The translations under genes were made by a program, and so were the position numbers. A model generated the notes under the pieces. That model was not told the origin of the DNA. It made no database searches and was given only the letters and a program-made list of their open reading frames with translations. Positions 17,633 through 26,632 of a DNA stretch of 64,000 nucleotides are shown here, piece by piece. Origin of the DNA: Holophaga sp. (lineage in GTDB: Bacteria; Acidobacteriota; Holophagae; Holophagales; Holophagaceae); contig JADKBC010000017.1 of the NCBI GenBank assembly GCA_016715205.1, positions 19,911-83,910 on the forward strand. Direction: 5' to 3'. The first letter of the stretch is position 1. Each line of letters opens with the position of its first letter.

Positions 17633-18868
17633 ATGCGCCTACTCCTTGTGGAGGATAAAGACAGTTTCCGGCGCCTGCTGATCCAGGCGCTGGCGGATTC
17701 CCCCTGGGAAGTTACCGCAGTGGGCGATTCCGCCGAGGCTCTCGCCGCCTTGCAGGGCGCTGGCTTCGAGGTCATGGTGACGGATCTCCGCCTCCCCGGT
17801 TTCAGTGGTCTGGAACTGCTTAAGCGCGCCAAGCGCCTGCAACCTGCCCTACGGGTGGTGCTTATGAGCGCCTTTGGCGAACCCCACGACATCGTGGAGG
17901 CCATGCGCTGGGGGGCTGAGGATTTCCTGCCCAAGCCCTTTGATCTCGACCGGTTTTTGGATGTGCTGGAACGACTGCGAGCCCTAGTGGGCGCCCCTCC
18001 GCCGGATCCGCGGGAGCCCTGGATCGCTCAAAGCCCTTCCCTGAAAGCCTTGAATGAAGGGCTTGCCCGTGCCGCGGAATCCGGGGCACCGGTGCTGTTC
18101 CTGGGGGAACGGGGGGCGGGGAAAACCCGCGCGGCGCGCAGGCTCCACAGCCTTCGCCATCCCGGCGCACCCTTTCTCCTTCTCGCACCCGAAGCCCTGG
18201 ATGCGGAGGCCCTGGCCCCCCGGCGCCTGGCCCTCCTGAAGGGAGGAAGCATTTTCCTCCCGGATCTGGAATGTCTGACGGAATCCGCCCTTTCAGATCT
18301 CCTGCAAGCCATGGAAAGCCCAGAGGGGCGGGCCATTTGCTGGTCGGGCAGCGCCCGTCAGGCTTCGGATTTGCCCGATCGCCTCAGGGAACGGATTGGG
18401 GTCCTCTGCTTCCCGTTGTTGCCGCTGCGGGAGCGCCGAGAGGACATTCTGCCCCTTTTCCGCGCCTTCCTTGAGGCTGGCGCCCGGCAGCAGGGCCGAC
18501 AGTTGCCCTTGATTGAACACAACGCCGAGCGTGAGTTGTTGAAGCGGGATTGGGCCGGCAATGCCCGGGAACTCGCCTGGTCCGTGGCCATGGCGCTCCG
18601 GGCCCAGGAGGGCGCCATTCTCAGCCCCCTGCCCCATGTGGCGGTCGGAGCGGGCGATTCACCCTTGGGCCTACCCTGGCCTGCCCCAGCCTCCCTGGAA
18701 GCCATGCTGATGGCCATCGAAAAAGCCGCAGAGGCCCCGCTTCTGCGACGTGCCCTGGCCACTCAGGGTGGTGACTTGGCAGCCACAGCCACAGCCCTGG
18801 GGATCACACCCCGCACCCTTTCCCAGCGGCTGCGGGACCACCATATTTCCATTGAGGAACGCCCATGA
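17633..18868 (+). CDS. NtrC-family-like response regulator (REC + degenerate AAA+ + Fis-type HTH), GAFTGA loop absent
   Basis: REC domain (VMVTDLRLPGFSG). Walker A is GERGAGKT, and the Walker B region is IFLPDLE instead of LFLDE. No GAFTGA-like segment is present. PLRERREDI is conserved, and the C-terminal HTH is ATALGITPRTLSQRL. An alternative TTG start is at 17627. Confidence 0.75.
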   Translation: MRLLLVEDKDSFRRLLIQALADSPWEVTAVGDSAEALAALQGAGFEVMVTDLRLPGFSGLELLKRAKRLQPALRVVLMSAFGEPHDIVEAMRWGAEDFLPKPFDLDRFLDVLERLRALVGAPPPDPREPWIAQSPSLKALNEGLARAAESGAPVLFLGERGAGKTRAARRLHSLRHPGAPFLLLAPEALDAEALAPRRLALLKGGSIFLPDLECLTESALSDLLQAMESPEGRAICWSGSARQASDLPDRLRERIGVLCFPLLPLRERREDILPLFRAFLEAGARQQGRQLPLIEHNAERELLKRDWAGNARELAWSVAMALRAQEGAILSPLPHVAVGAGDSPLGLPWPAPASLEAMLMAIEKAAEAPLLRRALATQGGDLAATATALGITPRTLSQRLRDHHISIEERP

Positions 18869-19812
18869 CCCCTGCCTCTGCGCCGGAAGCCCTGAAGGCC
18901 GGGGCCCATGCGGGCATCCTGGCCTTGTCCCGAATCATCGTGGGCAAGCCCACCCAGGTGCGCCGGGCCGTCGCGGTGCTCCTCTCGGGAGGCCACCTCC
19001 TTCTGGAGGATCTGCCCGGCGTCGGGAAAACCACTCTGGCCAAGGGGCTCAGCCGCCTGATGGGAGGCAACTATCAGCGCATTCAAGGAACCAATGATCT
19101 GTTGCCCTCGGATCTGCTGGGGGTGAATCTCTGGGACGCTGCCAACCAAGCCTTCCGCTTTCATCCCGGCCCTGTGTTCACCAATGTGTTGCTGCTCGAC
19201 GAACTCAATCGCATTGGTCCCAAAACCCAGAGCGCCCTCCTTGAAGTGATGGTGGAAGGGCAGGTGACCATGGATCGTGCCCTTTATCCGCTGCCCGATC
19301 CCTTTTTCGTCATCGCCACCCAGAATCCAATGGACCATTCGGGCACCTTTCCATTGCCGGAAAGCCAGCTCGATCGCTTTGCCTGCGTCGTTCACCTTGG
19401 CTATCCCGATCCAGGTGCCGAACGCCAGGTGCTCCTTGGACAGGCGGGGGCAGAACGGCTTGGCCAAATCAGCCCGGCCATGACAATTGTCGACTGGTGC
19501 GCCGCCCGCCAGGGAGTGAAAGCCCTGCGGGTTTCTGAGGCGGTACTGGACTATCTGGAACGGATCGTGGCCAGGATTCGCAAGGAGGGTGGTTTCTGTT
19601 CCACCCGAGCGGCCAGCCATTGGCTGAATCTTGCCAAGGCCGAAGCATGGCTTTCGGATCGAGATTTTGTCACTCCTGATGATCTCCAAAGCACCCTGGG
19701 GGATGCCATGGCCCACCGGGGCAGCATGGACGAACGCCGCCTGAACCGTGAAGAACGGCGCGAGCAGCTTGCCCGCATTCTCGCAGAGCTCCCGGTGGGG
19801 TGGCGGGCATGA
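18865..19812 (+). CDS. MoxR-family AAA+ ATPase
   Basis: LLEDLPGVGKTTLAK (Walker A), LLLDELNR (Walker B) and FFVIATQNP...ESQLDRF. The ATGA overlap with the upstream regulator indicates translational coupling. Confidence 0.9.
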   Translation: MTPASAPEALKAGAHAGILALSRIIVGKPTQVRRAVAVLLSGGHLLLEDLPGVGKTTLAKGLSRLMGGNYQRIQGTNDLLPSDLLGVNLWDAANQAFRFHPGPVFTNVLLLDELNRIGPKTQSALLEVMVEGQVTMDRALYPLPDPFFVIATQNPMDHSGTFPLPESQLDRFACVVHLGYPDPGAERQVLLGQAGAERLGQISPAMTIVDWCAARQGVKALRVSEAVLDYLERIVARIRKEGGFCSTRAASHWLNLAKAEAWLSDRDFVTPDDLQSTLGDAMAHRGSMDERRLNREERREQLARILAELPVGWRA

Positions 19813-20621
19813 CCCAGGACCTCGACCAGACCAGCCTGGGCGCAATCCTCCGGGGTGCCCGCGTGGCCAAAGGTCTGAGTCAGCAAAACCTCGCCCAAGA
19901 TCTGCGCATGCCCGTGCATCTATTGGCGGCCATTGAAGCCGATGACTGGCCCCGGGTTCCCCCTGGCCGAGAACGGCCCCTGGCGCGGCGCATTGCCTTG
20001 CATGTGGGGCTGGATCTGGAAAGCTGTGTCGAGGCCTGGAATCAGGTGCCTGGGGCACTTGCTCAGGAGGCCCCGGACCCTAAGCGTGAACGGTTGGAGC
20101 GCATTCTCACCGGCGTTCTGACGGCGGGAAGCGTGGCACTGCTGCTGTGGCTCGTGGTGCCCGGTCGCGGCATCAAGGGCGAAGATTCCCGATCAGAAAG
20201 CCATGCACCCGCCAGTGTCGGAACCGCCTGGGTGCCACGTACCTCCACCTCGGTCTACCCGGTACTGGGCGAAGTGCTGCCAGAGGCGCCCATCAATGCG
20301 GATGGAATTCTGGTCAACCTGCGTGCCCTGGACACCTGCACCGGCAAAATTGCCGCCAATGGCCTGGAGACCATCCAGACGCTGCGCGTTTCCGAACCCT
20401 GGACCCTGCGGGTGAAAGGACCGTTCACCCTTGCCCTGGATAATGCCGGTGTGGTCACCCTGGAGGTGGCTGGTCGGCGCATCCTCCATGGCGTTGCCGT
20501 GGGTGAGCCCTGGACCGGACGTTTTGACGACGAAGGGCGCTGGATTCTTCCCGAAGACTTGGCACCCAAGGTCCCGCTGCACATCCCCCAGTCTGAAACC
20601 GAAGCCCCCACCGAGGAATGA
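19809..20621 (+). CDS. RodZ-like membrane protein (N-terminal HTH, one TM, C-terminal DUF4115-like domain)
   Basis: HTH region (LGAILRGARVAKGLSQQNLAQDLRMPVHLLAAIEADDW), TM segment (ILTGVLTAGSVALLLWLVV) and a C-terminal beta-rich domain (LRVKGPFTLALDNAGVVTLEVAG). ATG 19809 overlaps the MoxR stop (ATGA). Confidence 0.65.
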   Translation: MTQDLDQTSLGAILRGARVAKGLSQQNLAQDLRMPVHLLAAIEADDWPRVPPGRERPLARRIALHVGLDLESCVEAWNQVPGALAQEAPDPKRERLERILTGVLTAGSVALLLWLVVPGRGIKGEDSRSESHAPASVGTAWVPRTSTSVYPVLGEVLPEAPINADGILVNLRALDTCTGKIAANGLETIQTLRVSEPWTLRVKGPFTLALDNAGVVTLEVAGRRILHGVAVGEPWTGRFDDEGRWILPEDLAPKVPLHIPQSETEAPTEE

Positions 20622-20622
20622 C

Positions 20623-21708
20623 ATGCATCCGATTGTGGCGCAATTCATTGCGGGAACGCTCGCAGCACCCATGGCGCAAACCCTGGTGGGCGGCGGGCTG
20701 CCACTGCCTCCGCTGGATATCCTTCAGGCCCTGAGCCACGCCGTATTTGCGAACACGCCCTACGAAGAAAAGGCCCAGGCAACTCTGGCCGAAATGCCAG
20801 AAAACATGCTGATGAATGCCATCATCGGCCCCGTGGAGCCCCCGGATCCACTGGGTTTGATCCTCTCCTATCGCAAAGAACCAGCCCTGTTGGAAACGGC
20901 GCTGCTTCATGAAAGCCTCCATGCGGACTGGATGGAACGGGTGATTCCTTTCCTCCCGGGTTCCATGTTGGAAATTCCCCTCAACAACCAGGTGTTTTGG
21001 ATCGAACGGCCCAAGATCCTGGACCTGATCGAAGAACATCCGGATGCCGTCTACAACGTCAAGCGGAAGATCCAGGAATTCCGGCGGGATGTGCTCTCTC
21101 AGATCACGCCCGAGGTGGCCAAGGATCGTCTTGAAATCATCAATGATGTGGAGGCCGGAAAGCTGGATAAGGCTTGGGCGGAGCTGCCGCTGCCCGTGCA
21201 CAGCGACGAGGATGACACCCCCGAAACCGAAGCGGCCCGTGCCGAGCGCCTGCTAAGCCCCATCATTGACGATGAAGGCCAGGAGATCTCCCTCACCCTC
21301 ACGCAGCGCGTCATGAAGCTGCGCACCAACCAGAAGATCATGCTGGCGCAGAAAGGCGGCAAGGAAGAGCGCACCCTGCTGATCCGCGAATCCAACCGGC
21401 TGATCCAGACCGCCGTGATCCGCAACGGCCGCATCACCGAAGGCGAGGTGGGCTACATCGCCCAGATGCGGACTGTGCAGGATGAAGTGTTGCGGATCAT
21501 TTCCCAGAACCGGGACTGGATGAAGAAATACACCATCGTGAGAAACCTGGTGCAAAACCCGCGAACTCCCATCGCCATCTCCCTGAACTTGCTGAAACGC
21601 ATCAACGACTTCGATATGAAGATGATGGTGAAGGATCGCAACGTGGCGGAACTGCTGCGCCGGGAAGCCAAGCGCATCATCGAGAACAAGCGGGATGGCA
21701 AGGGCTAG
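20623..21708 (+). CDS. Hypothetical protein with C-terminal helical repeats (NPRTP-containing)
   Basis: It starts 1 nt after the upstream stop. The C-terminal third has repeat-like helices (IRNGRITEGEV...VQNPRTPIAISLNLLKRINDFDMK). I recognise no confident family. The N-terminal 64 codons of the longer track ORF overlap the RodZ-like gene and were trimmed. Confidence 0.6.
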   Translation: MHPIVAQFIAGTLAAPMAQTLVGGGLPLPPLDILQALSHAVFANTPYEEKAQATLAEMPENMLMNAIIGPVEPPDPLGLILSYRKEPALLETALLHESLHADWMERVIPFLPGSMLEIPLNNQVFWIERPKILDLIEEHPDAVYNVKRKIQEFRRDVLSQITPEVAKDRLEIINDVEAGKLDKAWAELPLPVHSDEDDTPETEAARAERLLSPIIDDEGQEISLTLTQRVMKLRTNQKIMLAQKGGKEERTLLIRESNRLIQTAVIRNGRITEGEVGYIAQMRTVQDEVLRIISQNRDWMKKYTIVRNLVQNPRTPIAISLNLLKRINDFDMKMMVKDRNVAELLRREAKRIIENKRDGKG

Positions 21709-21861
21709 CCGAGGCCATTACCACCGTCGTTTCCATTCATGTTGCACAAATATTTCAGCATTGGAATGAAACCGCGATTCTCAAGGGCACCTTTGAAATC
21801 CGCAGGGAGATCTCCTCAACCCCTGCGGAAAACCCGCCCAGCCACATCGTATGCTGGACCC

Positions 21862-22929
21862 ATGCGTGTTTCTGATTCAGCCCCAGCCCCCGAGAACCCA
21901 ACCCTCAAGGCTTTCCAAGACTTACTTCACGAGGACACCCCGGAGGCCGCTGCCCTGGAGGCCCTCCTGGCCCGAATCTTGGCCGAGCAATCCGCAGGGA
22001 AGGCGCTCCACTTTCTCAACCGGTCCCGCCCGCGGTCCAATTCCCCCAAGGAACCCCGTTGGCATGCCGCCCGCACCCGCCTGGAAGCGGCCGTCGAAGC
22101 CGCCCGCAATATCCGCCTCCATACTTGGCAATTGGATCCCAATCGCAGGACCGTCCGGTTCCAAGTGGAGATCCGCCACCCGGCCAGTGACCTGAACCCA
22201 TCGGCCCTGGGACATCTCTTGGCAGAGCTGCTGTTGAAGGCGGGCTGCCCGGCAGCCCTTGGCCTTGAAAAAAAACCGCGGCCAATGATCACCTTGGGGC
22301 CGCCACTGCCGCTGGGCGTGGAAGGGCTTTGCGAATGGATGGATGCGGTGCTGCAGGCACCCCCGAGGGTCCCCATGGAGCCCTGGGTGATGGAACTGAA
22401 TGCCCTCTGCCCGTCAGGCTTTCACATCCGCAACGCCCACCCCATTCCCAATCACAGCTCCGCCCTGGTGGACCTTGCCAGGGAAGCACATTGGCGCTGG
22501 GACATTCCCGCAGACCTGTTTCAACAGGCGGCGGACCGTATCCAGGCCTTTGGCGTCGCCAAGTCCTTCACAATCGAAAAGAGCGGAAAGGTGGGCGGCA
22601 CCAAAACCCTCAAGCGCCTGGAGGTGCGTGGGCTCGTTACACGTCTGGATTGGCACCAGCAATCCCTGCATTTTTCTACTCGGCTCCAACTGGGCGAGGG
22701 GCTCAGCCCCATCAAGCTGTTGGCAGGTATCCTGGAGGTGGAGCCAGCCTGCATCAAGGGCTTGACCCGGCTGGAAGTTACGCTGGCCGAGGATGCCCGA
22801 CTGGCCCAGGCCCAGAAATATGAACCCAAACTGCACAACATCTATGAGGATGCGGTGCTGCTGGAATCAGGCGACATCCCCATGGTCATGGATGATGACG
22901 AGGACGACGGACTATTGATTCGACGTTAG
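21862..22929 (+). CDS. DUF2344/TIGR03936-like (radical-SAM-linked family) protein, divergent
   Basis: The core VRFQVEIRH...LGHLLAELLLKAGCPAAL...PMITLGPPLPLGVEGLCEWMDAVL resembles the DUF2344 pattern (R.F.H.D..R...RA.RRAG.P......P...F..ALP.G..S..E..D). The start is uncertain (21739, 21766 or 21862). Confidence 0.5.
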   Translation: MRVSDSAPAPENPTLKAFQDLLHEDTPEAAALEALLARILAEQSAGKALHFLNRSRPRSNSPKEPRWHAARTRLEAAVEAARNIRLHTWQLDPNRRTVRFQVEIRHPASDLNPSALGHLLAELLLKAGCPAALGLEKKPRPMITLGPPLPLGVEGLCEWMDAVLQAPPRVPMEPWVMELNALCPSGFHIRNAHPIPNHSSALVDLAREAHWRWDIPADLFQQAADRIQAFGVAKSFTIEKSGKVGGTKTLKRLEVRGLVTRLDWHQQSLHFSTRLQLGEGLSPIKLLAGILEVEPACIKGLTRLEVTLAEDARLAQAQKYEPKLHNIYEDAVLLESGDIPMVMDDDEDDGLLIRR

Positions 22930-23468
22930 CCCAGGAAAGGTTCTGGGCCACTGGTGCCGGCTTCCATGGCGCGCTGCCAGAGGAGGCGTGGTTCTTCACT
23001 CATCAGCCACTCGGCCCGGAGAGGGAGCAACGCCCAGGCCTTTTCCTTCACCTCAGCCTCCAGCTGGCCCGCGGACCAGCCCGCATAGCCCAGGAACAAG
23101 CGGAAACGTGCATCGGGATCCAGCAGCAGAGATTCGAGCAGATCCTTGCGGAAGCTCACGAAATCTGTGAAGTTCAGCACCGTGTCCTCGTCTGAAGGCA
23201 GGCCACCGCGAACGAGAATGATGCCCCGTTGTGGTTCCACAGGGCCGCCGCGAAAGGCGGTGGATTCATCATCTCCGGCGAAGGTGAGATAACTCTCCGC
23301 ACAGATCTGCGCCAGATTCAAGGGCAGCGGGCGATTCAGGATGATCCCCATCGCGCCCTTCTCGTCGTATTCGATAAGTAGAACCACGGCGTGGAGGAAA
23401 TTGGGGTCCAACAGCAGTGGGCTCGCCACCAGAAGACAAGGCGCCTGGAGTTTCATGCGGGCCATCAT
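22926..23468 (-). CDS. YqgE/AlgH family protein (UPF0301)
   Basis: DPNFLHAVVLLIEYDEKGAMGIILNRP and GYAGWSAGQLE are family hallmarks. Confidence 0.85.
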   Translation of the reverse strand: MMARMKLQAPCLLVASPLLLDPNFLHAVVLLIEYDEKGAMGIILNRPLPLNLAQICAESYLTFAGDDESTAFRGGPVEPQRGIILVRGGLPSDEDTVLNFTDFVSFRKDLLESLLLDPDARFRLFLGYAGWSAGQLEAEVKEKAWALLPLRAEWLMSEEPRLLWQRAMEAGTSGPEPFLG

Positions 23469-23516
23469 AGCGCGGACTCGGGGAATTCCTCAGGCCTCCC
23501 ACGCTATCCTGCTGGA

Positions 23517-24239
23517 ATGCCTGAACGCTCCGCTGGCCCACTCGCCCTTTTTGCCACCGCCTTTGGGCATCTGCGTCGACATCCTGCGTTGACCTTCGGC
23601 ATCGCCGCGCTGGCGGCGCTGTTGTCAGCCCTTGGGCCCTTGCTTCAAATCAAACTCGGGCTCCCTGGGGATCCCATCACAGAGCTGGCCTTGCGGGGGG
23701 TGTGCGTTCTGCCCCTCGAACTATATTTTGTGCCGCGCTTGATGGCGCAACTGGACGCCGAAGCCCTGAACCATTCTGAAAACCCTGAAGCGCAGTGGCA
23801 GGAACGTTTTGAGGATCGCTGGCTGAAAGCATTTGGTGCGCGAATCCTGCTCTACCTGCTTTGTGGCATCGGCCTTGCGATGTTCGTGGTGCCTGGTGTG
23901 GTGGTCCTCGCGTTGTTCGGCTGGGCACCGTTGCGGGTGCTCCTGCGAGGCGAATCAATCTTGCAGGCCTTGCGGAGCAGCTTGGCCCTCATGGTCAAAA
24001 CCTGGCCGCAGGTTTTACGTGGAGCCTCAGCGATCCTGGCTTCCTATCTTCTGCTGTTGATTGCCATCGGGTGGGGTTTGCAACATCTGCTGCCTGATCC
24101 AACGCCCTGGCAACGCCTGACCCATCCCCTGATCTGGGCCGTGCAAACCTTCAGTGGGCTGATGGAACTATTCCTCAGCACCTGTTTCCTGGCCCTCTTT
24201 CACGCCGTGGAGACGTCGGATCAATCCTCGTCAAGGTAG
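23517..24239 (+). CDS. Hypothetical multi-pass membrane protein
   Basis: Several hydrophobic helices (FGIAALAALLSALGPLL, ILLYLLCGIGLAMFVVPGVVVLALFGW, ILASYLLLLIAIGWGL). The start was trimmed to ATG 23517. Confidence 0.55.
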   Translation: MPERSAGPLALFATAFGHLRRHPALTFGIAALAALLSALGPLLQIKLGLPGDPITELALRGVCVLPLELYFVPRLMAQLDAEALNHSENPEAQWQERFEDRWLKAFGARILLYLLCGIGLAMFVVPGVVVLALFGWAPLRVLLRGESILQALRSSLALMVKTWPQVLRGASAILASYLLLLIAIGWGLQHLLPDPTPWQRLTHPLIWAVQTFSGLMELFLSTCFLALFHAVETSDQSSSR

Positions 24240-24427
24240 CCAGGGTCCTCGATCTCCACAGCCTCTCCGGCCTCCAGGCGCGCACGGAGGGCCTCTGGCA
24301 AAACATGGTCCCGCCAACGTGGATCCAGTTTCGGATTGAAAAAATGAGCCGAAGCCTCGCCGGCCTCAAAGGCCTCCCGGGACGGCCAAAGGTGAATCCA
24401 GCCAATATGGTTGAGCCGGGCCAGCAT
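24221..24427 (-). CDS. Small hypothetical protein (68 aa)
   Basis: It starts 7 nt after the amidase stop on the same strand and has a coding-like codon pattern. I recognise no family. Confidence 0.35.
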   Translation of the reverse strand: MLARLNHIGWIHLWPSREAFEAGEASAHFFNPKLDPRWRDHVLPEALRARLEAGEAVEIEDPGYLDED

Positions 24428-24434
24428 CCTGTCC

Positions 24435-26099
24435 TCACTTTCGGAAATGGGCGCGGATGCCCTTCACCAGTGCCTCGGCGTAGCGCTCTCGAAAACCATG
24501 CGCCTTCAAATTTTCGGCATCCTCTTCATTGGCTAGGTTCGCCACTTCGATGAGCACTTTGGTGCTGGCGGAACAGTGACGAATTACCGCCGGAACAAAA
24601 CTTTTGCCGGAACGATGGATCACGTTGCGGATGGGACGATTGGCATGGACAGGGATCTTTTCGCTCTTGAAGGTGCTCAAAAGCGTTTCTGCGAATACCC
24701 GGCTTCGGGCCTCGGCCTGGAGCCGTTCCTTGCCGGTGAAACGAACGCTCCCTCCGCGCTTCATTTCGGCGACCCTGGCTCCGCGGGATGTGGTCAGCGT
24801 AAAGCTGGGTGGCACATTGGCCGCACCGGCCACGTACACCATGGCGCCCCGGGCGCTGGGATGCAGGCTATCCGCGTGCAGGCTGATGAAAAGGGTCTTT
24901 CGCGCATCGCCTGTCTTCACAAAGGAGGCCAGCATATCGTTGGCCAGCACCCACCGGAGGTGCACGCTGACGGCGGAGGGTGAATCCCCGTCGTTGGCAA
25001 AGGGCGGTGTGGTAAGAATTTCCGCAGCTCGGGTGGGCGATGGAATGGCATCCCGCACTTTGAAACCAATGCCCGGATAGCGGATGGTCGAAGAAACGAT
25101 GGCCTCCGTATCCTGCTCCAGAATCCGCCGCACGCGCATGGCGATGTCGTACACGAAATCCGATTCCCACACGCCATTGGCGGCGGCCCCAATATCGACG
25201 CCACCATGGCCCGCGTCCAACACGATCCGCAGCCCCTTGAGCCGTGGCCCGGCATCCACTCGGGGCGTGCGGCGGACCTCTTCCCGAACTTCCCGCTCTT
25301 CCTGAAGCGCCTGGGTGCCTTCGGGTTGAAAGGGATCCGCCAAGTGCTCTACGGGAATGCGAATCAACGTGCCGGGATGAATGCTGCGCACATCCTCGAT
25401 GCCGCTGCGGCCCGCGATCACCTTGGCCAATTGATTCACTTCCTTGGGATCCACCCGATCCGTGTAGCGCATCACCACACTGGAATAGAGCGCTTCGCCC
25501 TTGCGTAGGCGATAGGCAGCGAAAGCGCCCGAGGCGTCCTTGTCGAAGGTCAACAGCTTTCGATAGGCCGCCACCCGTTCTTCATCGTTGAGCTCTTCTT
25601 CGGGATGGCTGCGATCGAGAATGCCCTTGACGGTGCCACCTAGATCCACCGATAGCAGGCCTTTGGGAATGCGCCAGACATCGCCTTCCACAAGTTTTTC
25701 GGGGTTCTTGGGATTCGCGATTTCTAACTGATCGTAGTTCTGCCCATGCCCTGTGAACAGCGCGGCCAGGAGCCATACGGATTCCAGCTCGGCCCACCGC
25801 ACCCGGTGGCGCACTTCGTCTTCACGCCATTCGTCCTCAGGCCAGAAGACCTGCAAGGCCCAGCGTTTCCCTTCCTTGGACAGTTCTTCGAACCCCAGCC
25901 AGCCAGCGCTGGCCGACCCTGTACCACGAAAAGCTTTGGGAAGCTGATCCGCCTCCACCTGGATGCCCTTTCGGAATCCAAGACGAAGCTGCACCATGCC
26001 GCCACCAGGGGCTTTGACTCGCCGCTCGACCGGCGATGGATCCGCCGCCGCCAGCAGCCCGGGAATGAGGAAAAGGGAAAGCCCCCTCATTCCTCCCAT
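24435..26099 (-). CDS. N-acetylmuramoyl-L-alanine amidase (Amidase_3) with N-terminal accessory/LysM-like region
   Basis: The catalytic domain includes IVLDAGHGGVDIGA...FISLHADS...EVANLANEED. A signal peptide is present. An alternative ATG at 26090 would give an ATGA overlap with the upstream gene. Confidence 0.85.
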   Translation of the reverse strand: MGGMRGLSLFLIPGLLAAADPSPVERRVKAPGGGMVQLRLGFRKGIQVEADQLPKAFRGTGSASAGWLGFEELSKEGKRWALQVFWPEDEWREDEVRHRVRWAELESVWLLAALFTGHGQNYDQLEIANPKNPEKLVEGDVWRIPKGLLSVDLGGTVKGILDRSHPEEELNDEERVAAYRKLLTFDKDASGAFAAYRLRKGEALYSSVVMRYTDRVDPKEVNQLAKVIAGRSGIEDVRSIHPGTLIRIPVEHLADPFQPEGTQALQEEREVREEVRRTPRVDAGPRLKGLRIVLDAGHGGVDIGAAANGVWESDFVYDIAMRVRRILEQDTEAIVSSTIRYPGIGFKVRDAIPSPTRAAEILTTPPFANDGDSPSAVSVHLRWVLANDMLASFVKTGDARKTLFISLHADSLHPSARGAMVYVAGAANVPPSFTLTTSRGARVAEMKRGGSVRFTGKERLQAEARSRVFAETLLSTFKSEKIPVHANRPIRNVIHRSGKSFVPAVIRHCSASTKVLIEVANLANEEDAENLKAHGFRERYAEALVKGIRAHFRK

Positions 26100-26632
26100 G
26101 GCACCTCACCCGCAGGCACTCCGCGAAGGCTGTTCTGCACCCAATCGCACAGCACGGCTTCCATCGCCTTGGGATCCTGGGTGCGCCCTTCCAGGAAGGC
26201 CGCAAACCGGCGCTCCAGATGGGCCAGGCCTTCCTCCAACAGGAAAAGCCGATCCGCCACCCGGCCAGATGGATCCTTGGACTGGGTGGGCGGCAACTTC
26301 ATGGCGCTGGTATCGAGGGTGGAAGCATTCAGAACGAAGGTCCATTCCATGTCCCCGGACAGCAGGCGTACTTTGGCTTTGGTGGGTCTCATGCCACGGG
26401 ACAGCGCCTCGAAAGCTTCACGGCTTTCGGCCGGATTGCCCTTGCGCAAGGAAAGCTCTTTCACGTCGCCCCGTTCGCTCACCAATTGCACGGAATCATC
26501 CAGGAAACAGGCGCTGAGATCGCCCTCCAAGCCGCTGGTGCCCCCTTCCGTGAGCCCTCGCATCCACAGCCACAACAGAAATTCTTCGCCCAGAAAACGG
26601 CCTTGTTCCAACAACTCCATGGGTTTCATCAT
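26087..26632 (-). CDS. RdgC C-terminal-half-like protein
   Basis: Aligns by eye to the C-terminal ~150 aa of E. coli RdgC: GEEFLLWLW vs LTEWV, KAKVRLLSGDMEWTFVLNASTLDTSAMKL vs [27 protein letters not shown], and RVADRLFLLEEGLAHLERRF vs [20 protein letters not shown]. ATGA overlap with the upstream ORF. Confidence 0.5.
   Translation of the reverse strand: MMKPMELLEQGRFLGEEFLLWLWMRGLTEGGTSGLEGDLSACFLDDSVQLVSERGDVKELSLRKGNPAESREAFEALSRGMRPTKAKVRLLSGDMEWTFVLNASTLDTSAMKLPPTQSKDPSGRVADRLFLLEEGLAHLERRFAAFLEGRTQDPKAMEAVLCDWVQNSLRGVPAGEVPWEE

Noticed and set aside
18763-20058. 431-aa minus-strand ORF
   Set aside because: It is antisense to the MoxR and RodZ-like genes, has no recognisable motifs, and shows the Gly/Pro/Arg/Ala bias of a non-coding frame.
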